A stretch of DNA of 58,456 nucleotides, counting the filler, from Sphacelaria rigidula (taxonomy: Eukaryota): NCBI GenBank assembly GCA_964200075.2. It is 7 parts of 7 records of this genome, joined end to end, with 100 filler letters (N's around TTAATTAATTAA, not from the genome) between each part and the next. Parts side by side here need not be neighbours in the genome. Positions count along the whole stretch, not along the records: positions 16,735 to 25,000 come from CAXNAA020011724.1; positions 25,101 to 33,365 come from CAXNAA020011725.1; positions 33,466 to 41,729 come from CAXNAA020011726.1; 4 more parts are not named here. One strand, written 5' to 3'. Positions 22,515 through 34,070 of the stretch are shown in pieces. A model generated the notes under the pieces. The model made no database searches. It was given only the letters and a program-made list of their open reading frames with translations, and was not told the origin of the DNA. The position numbers were made by a program, and so were the translations under genes. Positions within the stretch are counted from its first letter, which is position 1. Each line of letters starts with the position of its first letter.

Positions 22515-24748
22515 GTGCGTCTTGGTTCAATCACCCTCTCTAGAACGCCGCAGAGTGCATCTAACACAGGCACAGGTACAACCCACGCCATCCTTGACAA
22601 CTCGGGAGGGTGATTGGACTGTTTTCGATCTTATCACTCATCGTGAGGATTATTGCTCACACCCAGAGTACACACCTACAGATTAAACTGAATCTGCCAA
22701 CTATAAGTTCATATCCTTGTTGTGCTCGATTGCCGTGTGCCCGGTGATGCGACTCATCCCATTGATCTCGTACAGTGACCACGATAATTTTATTATTTTT
22801 GGACTGAGAACCATCTCTGGAACATGACAACGAATCTCCGAAAGGAACCCCAAACGTCCTTACCTCTTTCCCGACTGTGTACATACAACACTGTTGTCTG
22901 CATTGCGTGTGGGAACAATGACTGTTGCCGGAATCTTTGCTTGGAGCCTGACAATATTTTTCCTCCTCTCCAGCAGCGATGCCTTCATATTCAAAGGAAG
23001 TCGCTACCCTCTGGAATCCTCGTGCCTCCATCGTCCTTCTTTGTCATCAACTCCCCTGGTGCGGTATTAGAGCATTGCACATGATCAAGACTGCGACCCC
23101 ATTGCGTGTCTACTCTGCTAGACTTGAGACTGTAGACAGCAGCCCAGACATGTGTTGAGTATTGGGTGCCACTTTAGTAGTAGGATCTCGCAGTGGTACG
23201 CTGTATGACATCGTAGATCCTCTGGTTAAAGGTGTCCTAAGGTGCTGTGCTACGACTTTTTGGCTTAGTTTCTGTTCTGAAATGAATCCCAACATGACAC
23301 GTGTAATGTATTGTAACATTCGTCCATTCGCCGTTGGTTCGTTTCTCAACACGAAATTCAGATCAAGAAGGACTCGGTGTGGATTGGCGAGCTGCAGCGC
23401 TCACTCGCCGTTCGCGGTGGAGGTGGAAATGTGAGCTTGTTCGCAAAGAATTGCGTATCCGATACTGTTATGTCTGTTCTGTACGAGTAGTGATCGATTC
23501 TCCGCAGTTTGCTGCCTCAGCGGCGGCTGGCCGCGAGGTACGCTTACATTGCAATTTTGTTCCTTCTTGTTCCTTCGAAATTATATATTCATACGTCGTA
23601 CGAGGGTTGGGTGCCAAGGCGAGGCGCACCTCGTGTCCGATGATAGTAAGACTTCGAGTATATCTTGGTTGATGCCACAGGTGGGTAGTGAAGCCATCGG
23701 TTCGGTGGCGCTAGGCGCTCAGGGAGCTGTGTGGGTTGAAGCAGTGGTCATCAGCATACCAATTATTATTTTTATTATTCAACACTCGTCGTCTATCATA
23801 GTGACAACTGTAGAGGTTGCGTTACCAAACATGCGCGGAGGCAGCAGCGGATCCTCCTAGCTGTGTCATAGGACTTAGCCCGCTCATGAATCAAGGCTCC
23901 AAGTAACATGGCTAACAAGCGCTATATGTCTGAGGATACTGGGCTCGAGGTTTCCGATCCAACTCGCGCGACAGCTCGACGTTAAAAGCTCCTCTGGCAC
24001 GAGCTATGGGTTCTGCCAAGGACCCCTGCAGAGCTACCTAGCAAGTTGGCAACGTCCTCTTACAGGCAATACCAAAACTCACGCAGCGGGCACAACGACA
24101 GTTTGATAGCCACGGATGGGGGCGCAGTGGTATTCTTATCCCAGTATCAAGTTAAAGTAAGACCACCAAGGGTTTGTACGCGAATATTTCGGTGGTCCAG
24201 TAACTTTCACTCCGCCGACAGTCAGCTGTCCAGTACCCGGGTGCACACAGTGGCGCCTGCAACTCTGACAACACGGTACCAGTTTGGTCCTCAACTCCTG
24301 CAGCGAGGCAGGTTTGAGTAGCAGCCGCTTGCGATCTGCGCAGTGACGTACCGCCTTCGCCGTGCTGATTCGTCCATCGACTGTTGATGTCTGTCCATCC
24401 TGATCGCAATCACCCCTCTTCCCAGGATGGTTTCTTCTCTGGGTTTAATATAGATTGCTCTGCTTCGCATTGTGCTTCCAATTTTCCTATCCTTTCTTAG
24501 ATTGGCATGGAATGGAAAAGGGACAGAACAGACAGACGCCCTCACAGTGTTGTTCCTTTTCGATACCGTAATATGGAAGCTTTGATCACGTTGAGGTGTA
24601 CGTTCTACTAGTTGAATTCATGTTCCGCGCTTCACGGGCGATGCCGCACAAGGGAGAAAGCTGCATGACGCATGACATTCGTCACGGCACACGCTGCAAG
24701 CATTTTTTGCTGAAAAGATTCATGTACCCACTAGAACAGGGCGAGTTA

Positions 24749-25000
24749 GGGCGTGTCTCAGCACTTTTTTTGTCGATCGAAAAAATGAGGCGGTGGAATT
24801 GAGTCAAGTGAAAGTTTCTCGTTTTGATGCAGTTGGGTCCGGTTGGATTTTCAAGCTTTCGATCGAAAAAAGACAGTAGAATTCGTGAAACGGTACATGG
24901 CCTGTACTGTTTGCACTGCTTGCAAGCAGGGTGTCTTGAGTACGTGTGTGCGTGTTTCGTGCAGGAGAAGATAAAGGGGAAGCGGACAATGTGCAGTGCA
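24749..25000. mobile_element. Left end of a Harbinger-like element, cut by the contig end
   Basis: tta|GGGCGTGTCTCAGCAC…TCGATCGAAAA. The internal sequence matches about 5580-5810. Confidence 0.65.
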
Positions 25001-25315
25001 NNNNNNNNNNNNNNNNNNNNNNNNNNNNNNNNNNNNNNNNNNNNTTAATTAATTAANNNNNNNNNNNNNNNNNNNNNNNNNNNNNNNNNNNNNNNNNNNN
25101 GGGCGGTCTCTTTGGTGGCTGGCTTATGGGACTGGACAATCGGCCGCGCGGCCCTTTCGGGGGGGGGCGGGGGGGGGGGGGGGGGGGGGGCAAGGGTATT
25201 CTTTTTTATATTCCCGCGGAATTTATAATAAAAAAATCTTCATGAAAATGAGCCTAGGTGGGAGCGGGAGGGGGGAATACTGCACACAGTGTAGAGCCAC
25301 GACGTGTTAGATTAC

Positions 25316-27623
25316 CTTCCGCGTGACCTTGACAACCTTTGTACAGCCGTTGTAGAGCTCGTCCAGGGAGCATTCCAGGTCCCGTGTAACTGGGTCTGGC
25401 TTTCGTGGCCCCTGTTTCTTAAGTCGTGACGCGAAAGGCATTGTATCTCCGAACCCAAAATCCACAAACGGATTGTGGGTGCCGAAAAAACTCTCGAAAA
25501 TTTCCTGGCGAAATGCAGCAACAACATCGGACGTGCATTCGAATGATAGCTCAGTAAGTGATTGAGTCTTGGCTCCATCATTACGTCGTAAGTATGAAAA
25601 TCAAGCAGTTCCATACGGTCAACAACGACCGTTCACTTCATACTACTCTGCGGCTTTGGGAGTAATGCTCAAAAACTAAGTGAGAGCATTTGGTGCAATC
25701 TGCTGTCCATGGCCATCTGAGAATCATATAAAGTGCACCATTCCGACGGTATACAAGATATATTCCGATCTAGGGGACGATCGCTTCACCCAGGAAATAC
25801 TCTATGGACTCTGCTCAGCTGTAGTACTCGCTCCTGGCATCACGACTCGACTATGAGGAGGTCAAAAGACATGCAGCGTAGCAGGTCTCCTCGCACTTTA
25901 GCCCGCACCTGGCCGTTCTGCTTGTAGCAATATCCCTCTGGCTTGTTTCCGTTTTTCGACGGGATCTGGGAGTCACGGACGACGAACGCAAGAGCCCAGA
26001 TATGTGGGTTTCACAGAGGAGGGGGTTGTGGGAGGTACCGCCGTTCAGTTAACATCCGACAAAAACCGACTTTTCAGTCACCCTGGCTTTGTTGCTAGAT
26101 GTGTACTACATGCATGTAGCATGAACTTCTCGACTCGTGATCCCGTCAGAGAAATTTCCTGTTAAAATTGCCAATGATGAAACCGCAAGCACCTGACTCA
26201 AAAGCTCACCCCGTCGCGTAGACCCTCGTATCCATACTGGTCGTAAATGGCTCGATTTTTCTTGTCACTTAGGACGTCGTAAGCCTCGCCGATCTCTTGG
26301 AAAATCTTGGAAGACTCTCCCTGAGGAAGGCGTGCAACACGCGCCAGTCATTGGGTACCTCGGTCAAACATACCAAAAACACTCATGTAGACCTCCGTAA
26401 CCTACAATAGTTCAACCTGAACGCATTCACGTCCGCGGTGGTGAAGCACTCGTGCGTACTCCTTGTGGAGGATTTGGTTAACAGTATCAAGTCAAACCAT
26501 TGCCTTCTTTGAATCAGGGCCGACATCCCTCTGATGTGAGTGACCTCAGAGACGGGGTTGACATGTGATTGGCTCCTCGGTTAATAACCTTGATCGAGAT
26601 TTTATTCAATGAAACGCCATCGTTACTATCGTAGTAGTCTAAGCCTATAGTCGCGTCGGGTGGCGTCAGTAACATTCGCCGTCCGTCAGTCGGGCGCCGC
26701 GCACATGGGTTGAGATGTCGTGGACGTTCCCGGTCGCTACTGTATAATGGGGGTACTTGTACTCGTATACAACTGGGGAAAATACTCACCTTATTCTCCT
26801 TGTTCTTATCCGGGTGCCACTTCATCGCCAGCTTGCGGTACCTACGAAGGTGATTGGTGGTGAATGCGGTAGATCAGTGGGTGGAGATGTCGGACGGCAG
26901 TACACGCCGCCGTGCTCCGGTGGTCTAATGGTACAGCTGATACCATTAGGGGGGGGGGAGGGGGGGCTTCGGCTCCCCGCAGACGCGGCTATAGTTTGGC
27001 ATTATTTTCCGAAGTACAAGTACGACCTGATTCCGTCGTTGAAAGCGTAAAAAGAAGATTATGTTTGGCTGAGTTTGTTACAGACGACAGTCGACGCAGT
27101 GCGGAAGTGCTGACCAATTTGCGATACCGAATTATAAGGTGTGTACCGGGGAGGGGAGAGATGGGTTGATCCCTCGATACCATGGATTCTTCCCGAGTGA
27201 GAAGAGGAGGTGAAGGTGAGAACAAGAAGTACTGCAGTGCCAACGGTGAAGACGTGTCACCTTTCGACTAATCATCACTGCGAGCCTCGAATCAAATTGG
27301 CAGGCAATTCATACAGTGGTGTCTGTATGTCTACAACCACCAGTTCAGCCGGATAACATACCAGTGTACGCGTATTGTACGGGAGTTACCTTGAGGGTTT
27401 TACTAGCCAGCACAATACTGTATCACAAAAGAACACCAATAATAAAGTTTTCTCGACTTGCATAAGCTGGAACTCCGCCTGACACCCGGATGTTACTATC
27501 TGCAGTTTGATTTAAAGCTCAACATCTTTCTGGCACTCACGCTTTCTTGATGTCCGCATCAGAAGCCGCCCGCTGGACGCCAAGCGTCTCATAGTAGTCG
27601 GGTTGATCGCGAGAAGTAGACAT
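25316..27623 (-). CDS. Class II DnaJ/Hsp40, DNAJB13/RSP16-like; exons 27541-27623, 26790-26841, 26210-26320, 25909-25965 and 25316-25504; 3' part off contig
   Basis: Spliced with GT-AG introns and consistent phases: [114 protein letters not shown]…[23 protein letters not shown]. It has an intact HPD motif, a short G/F region and no zinc finger. The subfamily is inferred. Confidence 0.9.
26909..27245 (+). mobile_element. SINE family A copy in DnaJ intron 1, antisense to the gene
   Basis: Head GCCGTGCTCCGGTGGTCTAATGG plus a degenerate B box. The body motif GTACCGGGGAGGGGAGAGATGGGTTGATCCC is at 27143. Confidence 0.55.
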
Positions 27624-27878
27624 GAGGGGAGATCCGCTTATCCCCTCGTGCTTCACTCGGACACACACGGCAAGCGCTAGCGTACGGTGCTGGGTGAAAG
27701 ATAGCTGCACGAGCGAACGCTGACCGTTACATCATAACGCCTCCACCCTGGATCCTGGCAATAGCAACGCGTCACATGATACGCTGGTTCTGACAGTCCC
27801 GCCGCTGCGAGTACCGACAGTACGGCCAGCACAGTCCCGTTCAGCAAGCAAGTGCGGTGTTCTTTGTGTCTTGACGGC
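27624..27878. promoter_or_regulatory. Putative bidirectional promoter / 5' UTR region
   Basis: Only 255 bp separate the divergent ATGs of the DnaJ gene (27623) and the DEAD-box gene (27879). Confidence 0.55.
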
Positions 27879-30800
27879 ATGATGCTGCCGTCCCGAGCGC
27901 TGTTCATACGTTTCTCAGCTGTACTAGGGTTATCTCAGGCTCTGTCTCCACGCGAGCGCTGTGGCGCGAGTTCAACTTCTCAGCAACAGCAAGCAGCGTA
28001 CATCAACATCTGTAGTAGCCGCAGATGGCCACCACACCTCATCGGGGCTGTCATCAGTGTTCAACAGCGATCACTGCTACCGCCTGCGCGACACCAACAG
28101 CAGCACACATGCACCACCACTTGCAGTGATGAAGGATCACGCAGAACACGAGCTAGACGAAACCGGCGCTGCGCCGGTGCTAGCATGGCGGCCGAATCGT
28201 CGGCGGGGGGGGGAAGCATGATGGGCGACGGTAGACCGTCTGCGGGAGTATGGAGTGCTGCTCCCACCGACCCCACGTTTCGAGAGCTGTTTTCGGGTCG
28301 CCTGCCGGGGTGGCTCCTGGATAGGTTGGAAGATCTGGGCTTCGCTTCGCCCACGCTAGTGCAGCGTGAGGCCCTGGAGGTAATCATTTTGGAACATGAC
28401 CTTGTTTTGAGGTCCTACGACGACACATGAACTGTATCCAAATAAGGCTCGATTCTGTGTTAGGGAAGAATCGATGTTTTGTGCAGCAGCGGGAAGAATT
28501 TTCTCAGATGTTTATAGTGGTTGCAGTATCTAGAGGCCATTTCAGAACACATTGACATTCAAGATAGCCTTTGCGTGATGAACCAGGTGAGTCAGCTCAG
28601 TGTGGGAGAAGTAGTCAGGTACAAGGGCAAGTGTATCCATGATGAAGTGACAATAATGGTGTCTGGGTTGATGTCGAGGTTTATGAGATCCGGGAGACGG
28701 GTGTGGTGCGACTATCAGTTGGTGACAGCATCGCGAATCGATGTTGCCTGAGATTTTTTAGTGTTGCTGTATCGAACTGTGAAATGCTACAAAAAACAAA
28801 CGGCAGCACGGAGGATAACACTGTGGGAAACGTGTTTCAAGCGTATCAACCTCGGCTTTCTCCAGGGGGAAAAACTTATCCCACAACCTCTCAACTTTTG
28901 AGCCTAAACGTGCACCACTGTATATTATTTATAACACAGAGCGTGTCTTCTTCGATCAAATTTTTCTCGCTGACACATTACGCTCCCATCTGCCCCAACT
29001 GACGACCGAATCAATCAATCCCGCCCTGATTCATCAAGTAAGGTAATCTTGGGCAAGGGAGGAGATGATGGGCCGAAAGCTGATGTCGTCGTGCATGCAC
29101 AGACCGGCAGCGGGAAAACGCTGGCGTTTCTTTTGCCGTTGTTTGCTTCGCTAGAGCCATCGCGCTCGGCTGTTCAAGCTCTCGTGGTGGTGCCGACGAG
29201 AGAACTGGCTCTACAGGTGGGTGGATCGTGATTCGCAGGCACAACTCTCTTTCGCAACACGGATAGCTATTATTTAGAGCGGCTAATCGTTGCTGCTGCT
29301 TGTGAATGTAACGTGATATATACGGGGATTCCGACGGGAAGAATCCTGAAGGCGTTGCACGGATACTGGTGATCGGAGTATATACCCCCCTCATGATGAG
29401 ACATATTTCGAACTCGCTTTGCTTCGAGAGGCATAACCCTGTCGTCGGCTCGGGTCCGTGGCCAGATTTCGGAGACAATTTCCCAGGGGCGCACGTTACA
29501 GTGTCAGTAGCTTAGTGATTAACGTTACGATAGCTCTGGTTGCCACACAGCCCTGGATCCTAGTTGAAGAATCAACGGTAGATCATTGCCATAGTTTTCG
29601 AAGTAAGTCGCAATTGCTGCAAGAGCCAGAAGTTGACTGCTGTAGTATTTTTGGTGTTTCTTCGGTTTCTGTTTTTGCCATCGAACGCATCAGGTCGCAG
29701 GCGTCGCCAAACGGCTGGCAGCCGCAACGGCAACCTCCGCCGATAGCTCATTCGACGGAACAAGACGAGTCCAGGTGATGTCCGTCTTGGAAGGCTCACG
29801 CAACAAGCGCCAGAGAGCTTGGGCGTGGGCAGACCCACCGCATATCGTGATCGGCAACCCGGATAACCTGACGAATCTGGTTAAAACGGGAGCAATACGC
29901 GTGAACGCCGTGCGATACGTGGTTGTGGATGAAGTGGACGCGTGTCTGCTGTCGGAGGGTACTAGGGCGTCCTTGCACGAACTTTTGGCCAGAAGTTTGT
30001 CGCCGACACACGTGGAGGAGGACGAAGCAAGAGAAGCGGAACAAGTGAGAGTGACAATGTGTGGAATCTGGAAATGAACGCGCTCAAGTAAACCACTTCA
30101 AAATCCACGAGTAATTCTTTACAAGTCAAACGATGACCGCTGTCACCGTGGTTTACACATGTTCCTAGTAAGTTGGACGGGGTGTACTCATGATCTTGCG
30201 TACCGTAATCATAAGACCATTGATCTCGCACCCCTAAAAAGCCGGACAGCACGCCGGGTTTTCGCCGGACCAGGCTCGCAGTCACCGAGCGCGAAGCACC
30301 GTAATGTGTACGGTGAGTCGCATGAGGGGTGGCCTGCATCCTGTCGAGATTGTCCAGCCCGAAGCGTACTAGTTTTCTTGCAAATATATGACAGCCTCGC
30401 ATGAGTTGCTTCACTTTCTGGTATCGCCATTCCCAGAGACAGCCGCAGGTTACACTGCCTCATGGATGTCTCATCATTTAAACAGTGCGTAGTATGGCCA
30501 ACCCCTAAAGTAAGGTACGTTGGGGGGGGGCGTCCTCATTTGCTGCTTGCCTTAGTCGTATGTTCGGGGGTGAGGGGGGGGAATCGCAACGTGCGCGACT
30601 AGTGAAAATTGCAGTACTGCAGCGATGATATTGGAATCCAGGGTGATCTGCCGACTAGCTGCAGGCGGGCGACACAGCGGGGGCTATACACGTCTCGAGT
30701 TGCTTCACTCTAGTTACATATTTTTATGCTGAACCGGTGACCTGACGCACATTACCCGTTAGATGCCTTCTGTTTTTTTTTCGGGAAGCGGACCACGCCT

Positions 30801-32009
30801 CGGTGGGGGCTCAACCGGTGCGTACAGTCTGTCCGGAAGGTGATAGACGTAAAAACGCTTGAGGAGTTTTGGTATGTTGGGGGTATTTGCGTGTGGTGCT
30901 ATCGTTCACGTGCATCATCTCGTGCTCTACTGTTGACGACGACCAGGAGGCGAGAATAGCGTCAAGCGGCGCAATTATTTCAGGGTCGCCGCCGCCCGTC
31001 ATGCAGAAACCCGCCACTCGTCAGACCGTGTTTGCGAGTGCTACGGTACCGCAGCATAATCACTTCATCAAGCAATGTGTTCAGGTCCGTGGTTCCTTTC
31101 ATTTATGTGCATGTGTGCGTGCGTGTTGTGTTGTTTTCCTGCCTATCTAAGTAGTGTATGCAATAGCAGGTTCGCACGCGTTGTTTGTGCGTATGTGTGT
31201 GTCATTCCCAGCGCGATTGCCAACAGATTGATCAAGAAACGTACGAATTCCCGTGCGCGTCATGTTCTATTCTGAGCCCCCTTCATTGTCATACATGATC
31301 GGGTTGCCAGCTCCGCTTTATTCTGTCTGGTTAGTTACACGAGGGATAAAATCCACTAGTAGTGACCATGAACGTCGGTAAATCAAACTCGGTGAACCTT
31401 GAAAAAATACTCGTTGACGGAATATTCAGCGGTAGACACATGGGTGGGACAAGTTCACCGGTGGGTTCCTGTGGATGTGTTGGTACAGTACTCGCGGCGC
31501 TTTGGTGCGCGCACAACTAAACAGCCGACAAGGCCTTCCATCCGACTGACACCAAATTTATTACTCCGTCTCTCTCTCCCTCGCAACAACAAAAATCACA
31601 GAAACAATGGACTCTTACGGAGCCCGTCCACGTGCAAGTACACGCAAAAGAAGCCATGCCGCCATGTTTATCACACTTTTACGTCGTGTGCCCGACCGAG
31701 CAAAAGCTAGGAGTGCTTCGCGCGCTGGCGAGACGAGAGCTAGGGCCGTCAGCCTCCTCTTCTTCCTCGGACGGTGTTGAGTTAAAAGCCGGCGCTAGCT
31801 CAAATAGCGGTGCTGGCTCAAAAGGTGAAAATAGGGCACTTGTTTTTGCTCATGCCACGCAGCCTCTCGAAAACATCGCCGGGTCCCTTGACGTGGCGCT
31901 AGGGGGGCGGAGTACGCAGGGGGCGGACAACGAACGCGCAGGTGGGGAAGCGATGCCATCCCCTCCCCTGGCGGAGTGCCTTCGCGAGGAGCTGGGTTTG
32001 AATAAAAGG
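27879..32009 (+). CDS. DEAD-box RNA helicase, possibly organelle-targeted; exons 27879-28379, 29043-29216, 29694-30044, 30947-31084 and 31602-32009; C-terminal exons not found on contig
   Basis: Q motif GFASPTLVQ, motif I AQTGSGKT, Ia PTRELALQ, Ib GNP, II DEVD, III SAT and IV ALVF. All introns are GT-AG phase 0. It has a hydrophobic N-terminus [22 protein letters not shown]. Confidence 0.92.
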
Positions 32010-32156
32010 GTGAGTAGGGGGCGAGCGGGGAGGAGGATAGGAGAGCATCGGTATAGAGAGTAGTACACTCGAAACCGTTGGCTGCGGTGTAGTGATTTTT
32101 CCTTCTCGCAGAGGTGGCAGGAATTCGTTTCGTTTCTGAGTGACGATAAAGAACAC

Positions 32157-32316
32157 CAAGGGTGTGTTTTGGTAAGGTAAATACCCGGGTACTTACTATC
32201 CCGAACTTTGTGCTGCGATGGTACGATCGCATTACCCTACCCAATTTTTGGGTGCTTAGAGTAAGATTTTTGAAAATACGCAAACAACAGGAAATATCCT
32301 ACCCAGCACACCCTTG
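32157..32316. mobile_element. Small hAT-like MITE
   Basis: Termini CAAGGGTGTG and CACACCCTTG. The flanking 8-mers AAGAACAC and AAGAGCAT match 6/8. Confidence 0.6.
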
Positions 32317-33275
32317 AAGAGCATGTAACTGAGAGGTAGCTGTCCGACGTACTCATATATCACGCAAATTCTTCCGGGATCGTGGGGGGAATACGTACCA
32401 CTCCCTGATGCAACGGCGTAGCACGTTTTCATACATAATAAACAGCACTTTCAATCCTGAAGGGAGTTGTGTAGGGGAGGAAATGACTGGTGTTGAGAGA
32501 CGATTCCAGACGGCAAAAAATCGGTCATTTTCTTCTAATATTTTGCAGGGTACTGAACTACTGTATACTGAACAACGAGATTCTACTCGCTGAACATCAG
32601 CAGTGCCCTCTCCAAACGATCACCTACACACGACGTCCGAATAATGAAGGCTGTCATGGACGCAGCTGATCACGGTCACCGATCGCCACACCTGTGTTGT
32701 TAAATTCGACAGATTATTGCAAAAAGCGAGGTGGTCGTTGTTTTTTTCTCGTGTCAAAGTGTTGCTGTCACACGGACATGATGGACAACTTTTGCCTGCA
32801 TACACTGCAGGCGCCCTATACAGTGCCCTCAGTAATCTTCTGTAGTGCTGAAATCCGAGCGGGTCCCCTCTCTACGTAAATTCTGGGGCAAAATATATGC
32901 GCCATTCAGTCAGCATATCTACAGAATTGCGATTATGTCGTGCACGGTACAACCCGTTCGCGACAGCATCGTATACTCAAGCTGCTGCTACTGCTGCCAT
33001 ATGCAGCACCGGGCTGTTGCTTTCTAGGATATGGCAGAAAAGATTGGTCGACTTGAGAAACACGCACATACACACATACGAAGTCATCATGTTGAGATAC
33101 GGCCAAAGACGCCATTGGTCCCTTCAGAGTTGGATAGTCCGAAGGCTGTTCCTTGATCTCGACTCGCTCAAGTGCAGTACTGGGATAGATGAAGAACATT
33201 GGAATTTTAATTTCAGGCTGCGTCCAACCAGACAAGAGTACAATCGCAATTTTGAGTGATTATATGAACACAGAA

Positions 33276-33365
33276 CCGGTCGCCCCGGTGGCTCAATTGG
33301 TAACCTCGTAACCTTCTGGTAGTTGAGTTGTGGGGTTCGATTCTCGGAGCGATATGGGATTTTTT
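33276..33365 (+). mobile_element. SINE family B-like head, cut by the contig end
   Basis: CCGGTCGCCCCGGTGGCTCAATTGG…GGGGTTCGATTCTCGG, which resembles the head of the copy ending at 20614. Confidence 0.55.
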
Positions 33366-33712
33366 NNNNNNNNNNNNNNNNNNNNNNNNNNNNNNNNNNN
33401 NNNNNNNNNTTAATTAATTAANNNNNNNNNNNNNNNNNNNNNNNNNNNNNNNNNNNNNNNNNNNNTCAGGCGCTGTATGGCCATTTTTTTCGTGACACTT
33501 TTGTGCTGGTTGTGGGGGGGGCTATCGTAGCAAGTGTCGATTGTAAATTCCCGTGTATGCAGTTCTTTCTCCTCACGAAATGGCCACAACCAGATCGGGA
33601 GAGTTTGAAACGACATGATCTACGATGGCACGGCAGAAGCTGGTAGGCTACAAATATGCGTCGCCGTCACCTCTCATCGGTCTCCAGAAAAGCAGTGAAA
33701 TTATTATTATCT

Positions 33713-34070
33713 TGTGTGTGTTGCGTGTTGTCATCTCATCTATTCTGGGCGCCAGTCTACACCATTCGATATATGTGGGCGCATCAGCCGGGGTCACACA
33801 GGAGGAAGGCCAACACAGGATATATTTTCTTTTGGTATTAGTACTCCACCTTCCGGTGCTCGCTTTTTTTCCTATCGCGAGAGGGGTCGAACGGTCCCTT
33901 TCCCTTGTCGACCCCCACGTCGAACTTTGTTTACCCACGACATGGTCGCTCCACTGTTGGGCGTGGTGTGAGAACAAAATCCCACATCGTGTGACTGCAC
34001 CATGATAAGAACCCACGACCCAACCGTCAGGAGGTTTCGAGGTTACCAGCCGACCCACTGGCGTGACAGG
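33713..34070 (-). mobile_element. tRNA-headed SINE, family B
   Basis: Collinear with 20240-20614, for example CCCACGACATGGTCGCT and AACCCACGACCCAACCGTCAG. Confidence 0.7.

Noticed and set aside
22860..24400. TGA recoding (selenocysteine or alternative code) suggested by many in-frame TGA stops
   Set aside because: TAG and TAA also interrupt these frames, the bona fide genes here contain no in-frame TGA, and the FKBP gene terminates on TGA.
1628..27623. A flagellar/centriolar gene cluster (epsilon-tubulin plus DNAJB13-like)
   Set aside because: The genes are on different length-sorted contigs joined by artificial linkers, so their proximity is an artefact.
27755..27768. RFX X-box-like motif (CTGGCAATAGCAAC) upstream of the DnaJ gene
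   Set aside because: Only one good half-site is present, and RFX factors are not established in stramenopiles.
33276..33352. Functional tRNA gene (also the similar heads ending at 17556 and 20614 and starting at 26909)
   Set aside because: A and B boxes are present, but I could not form acceptor and anticodon stems, and the heads match those of dispersed repeat families. They are SINE heads.
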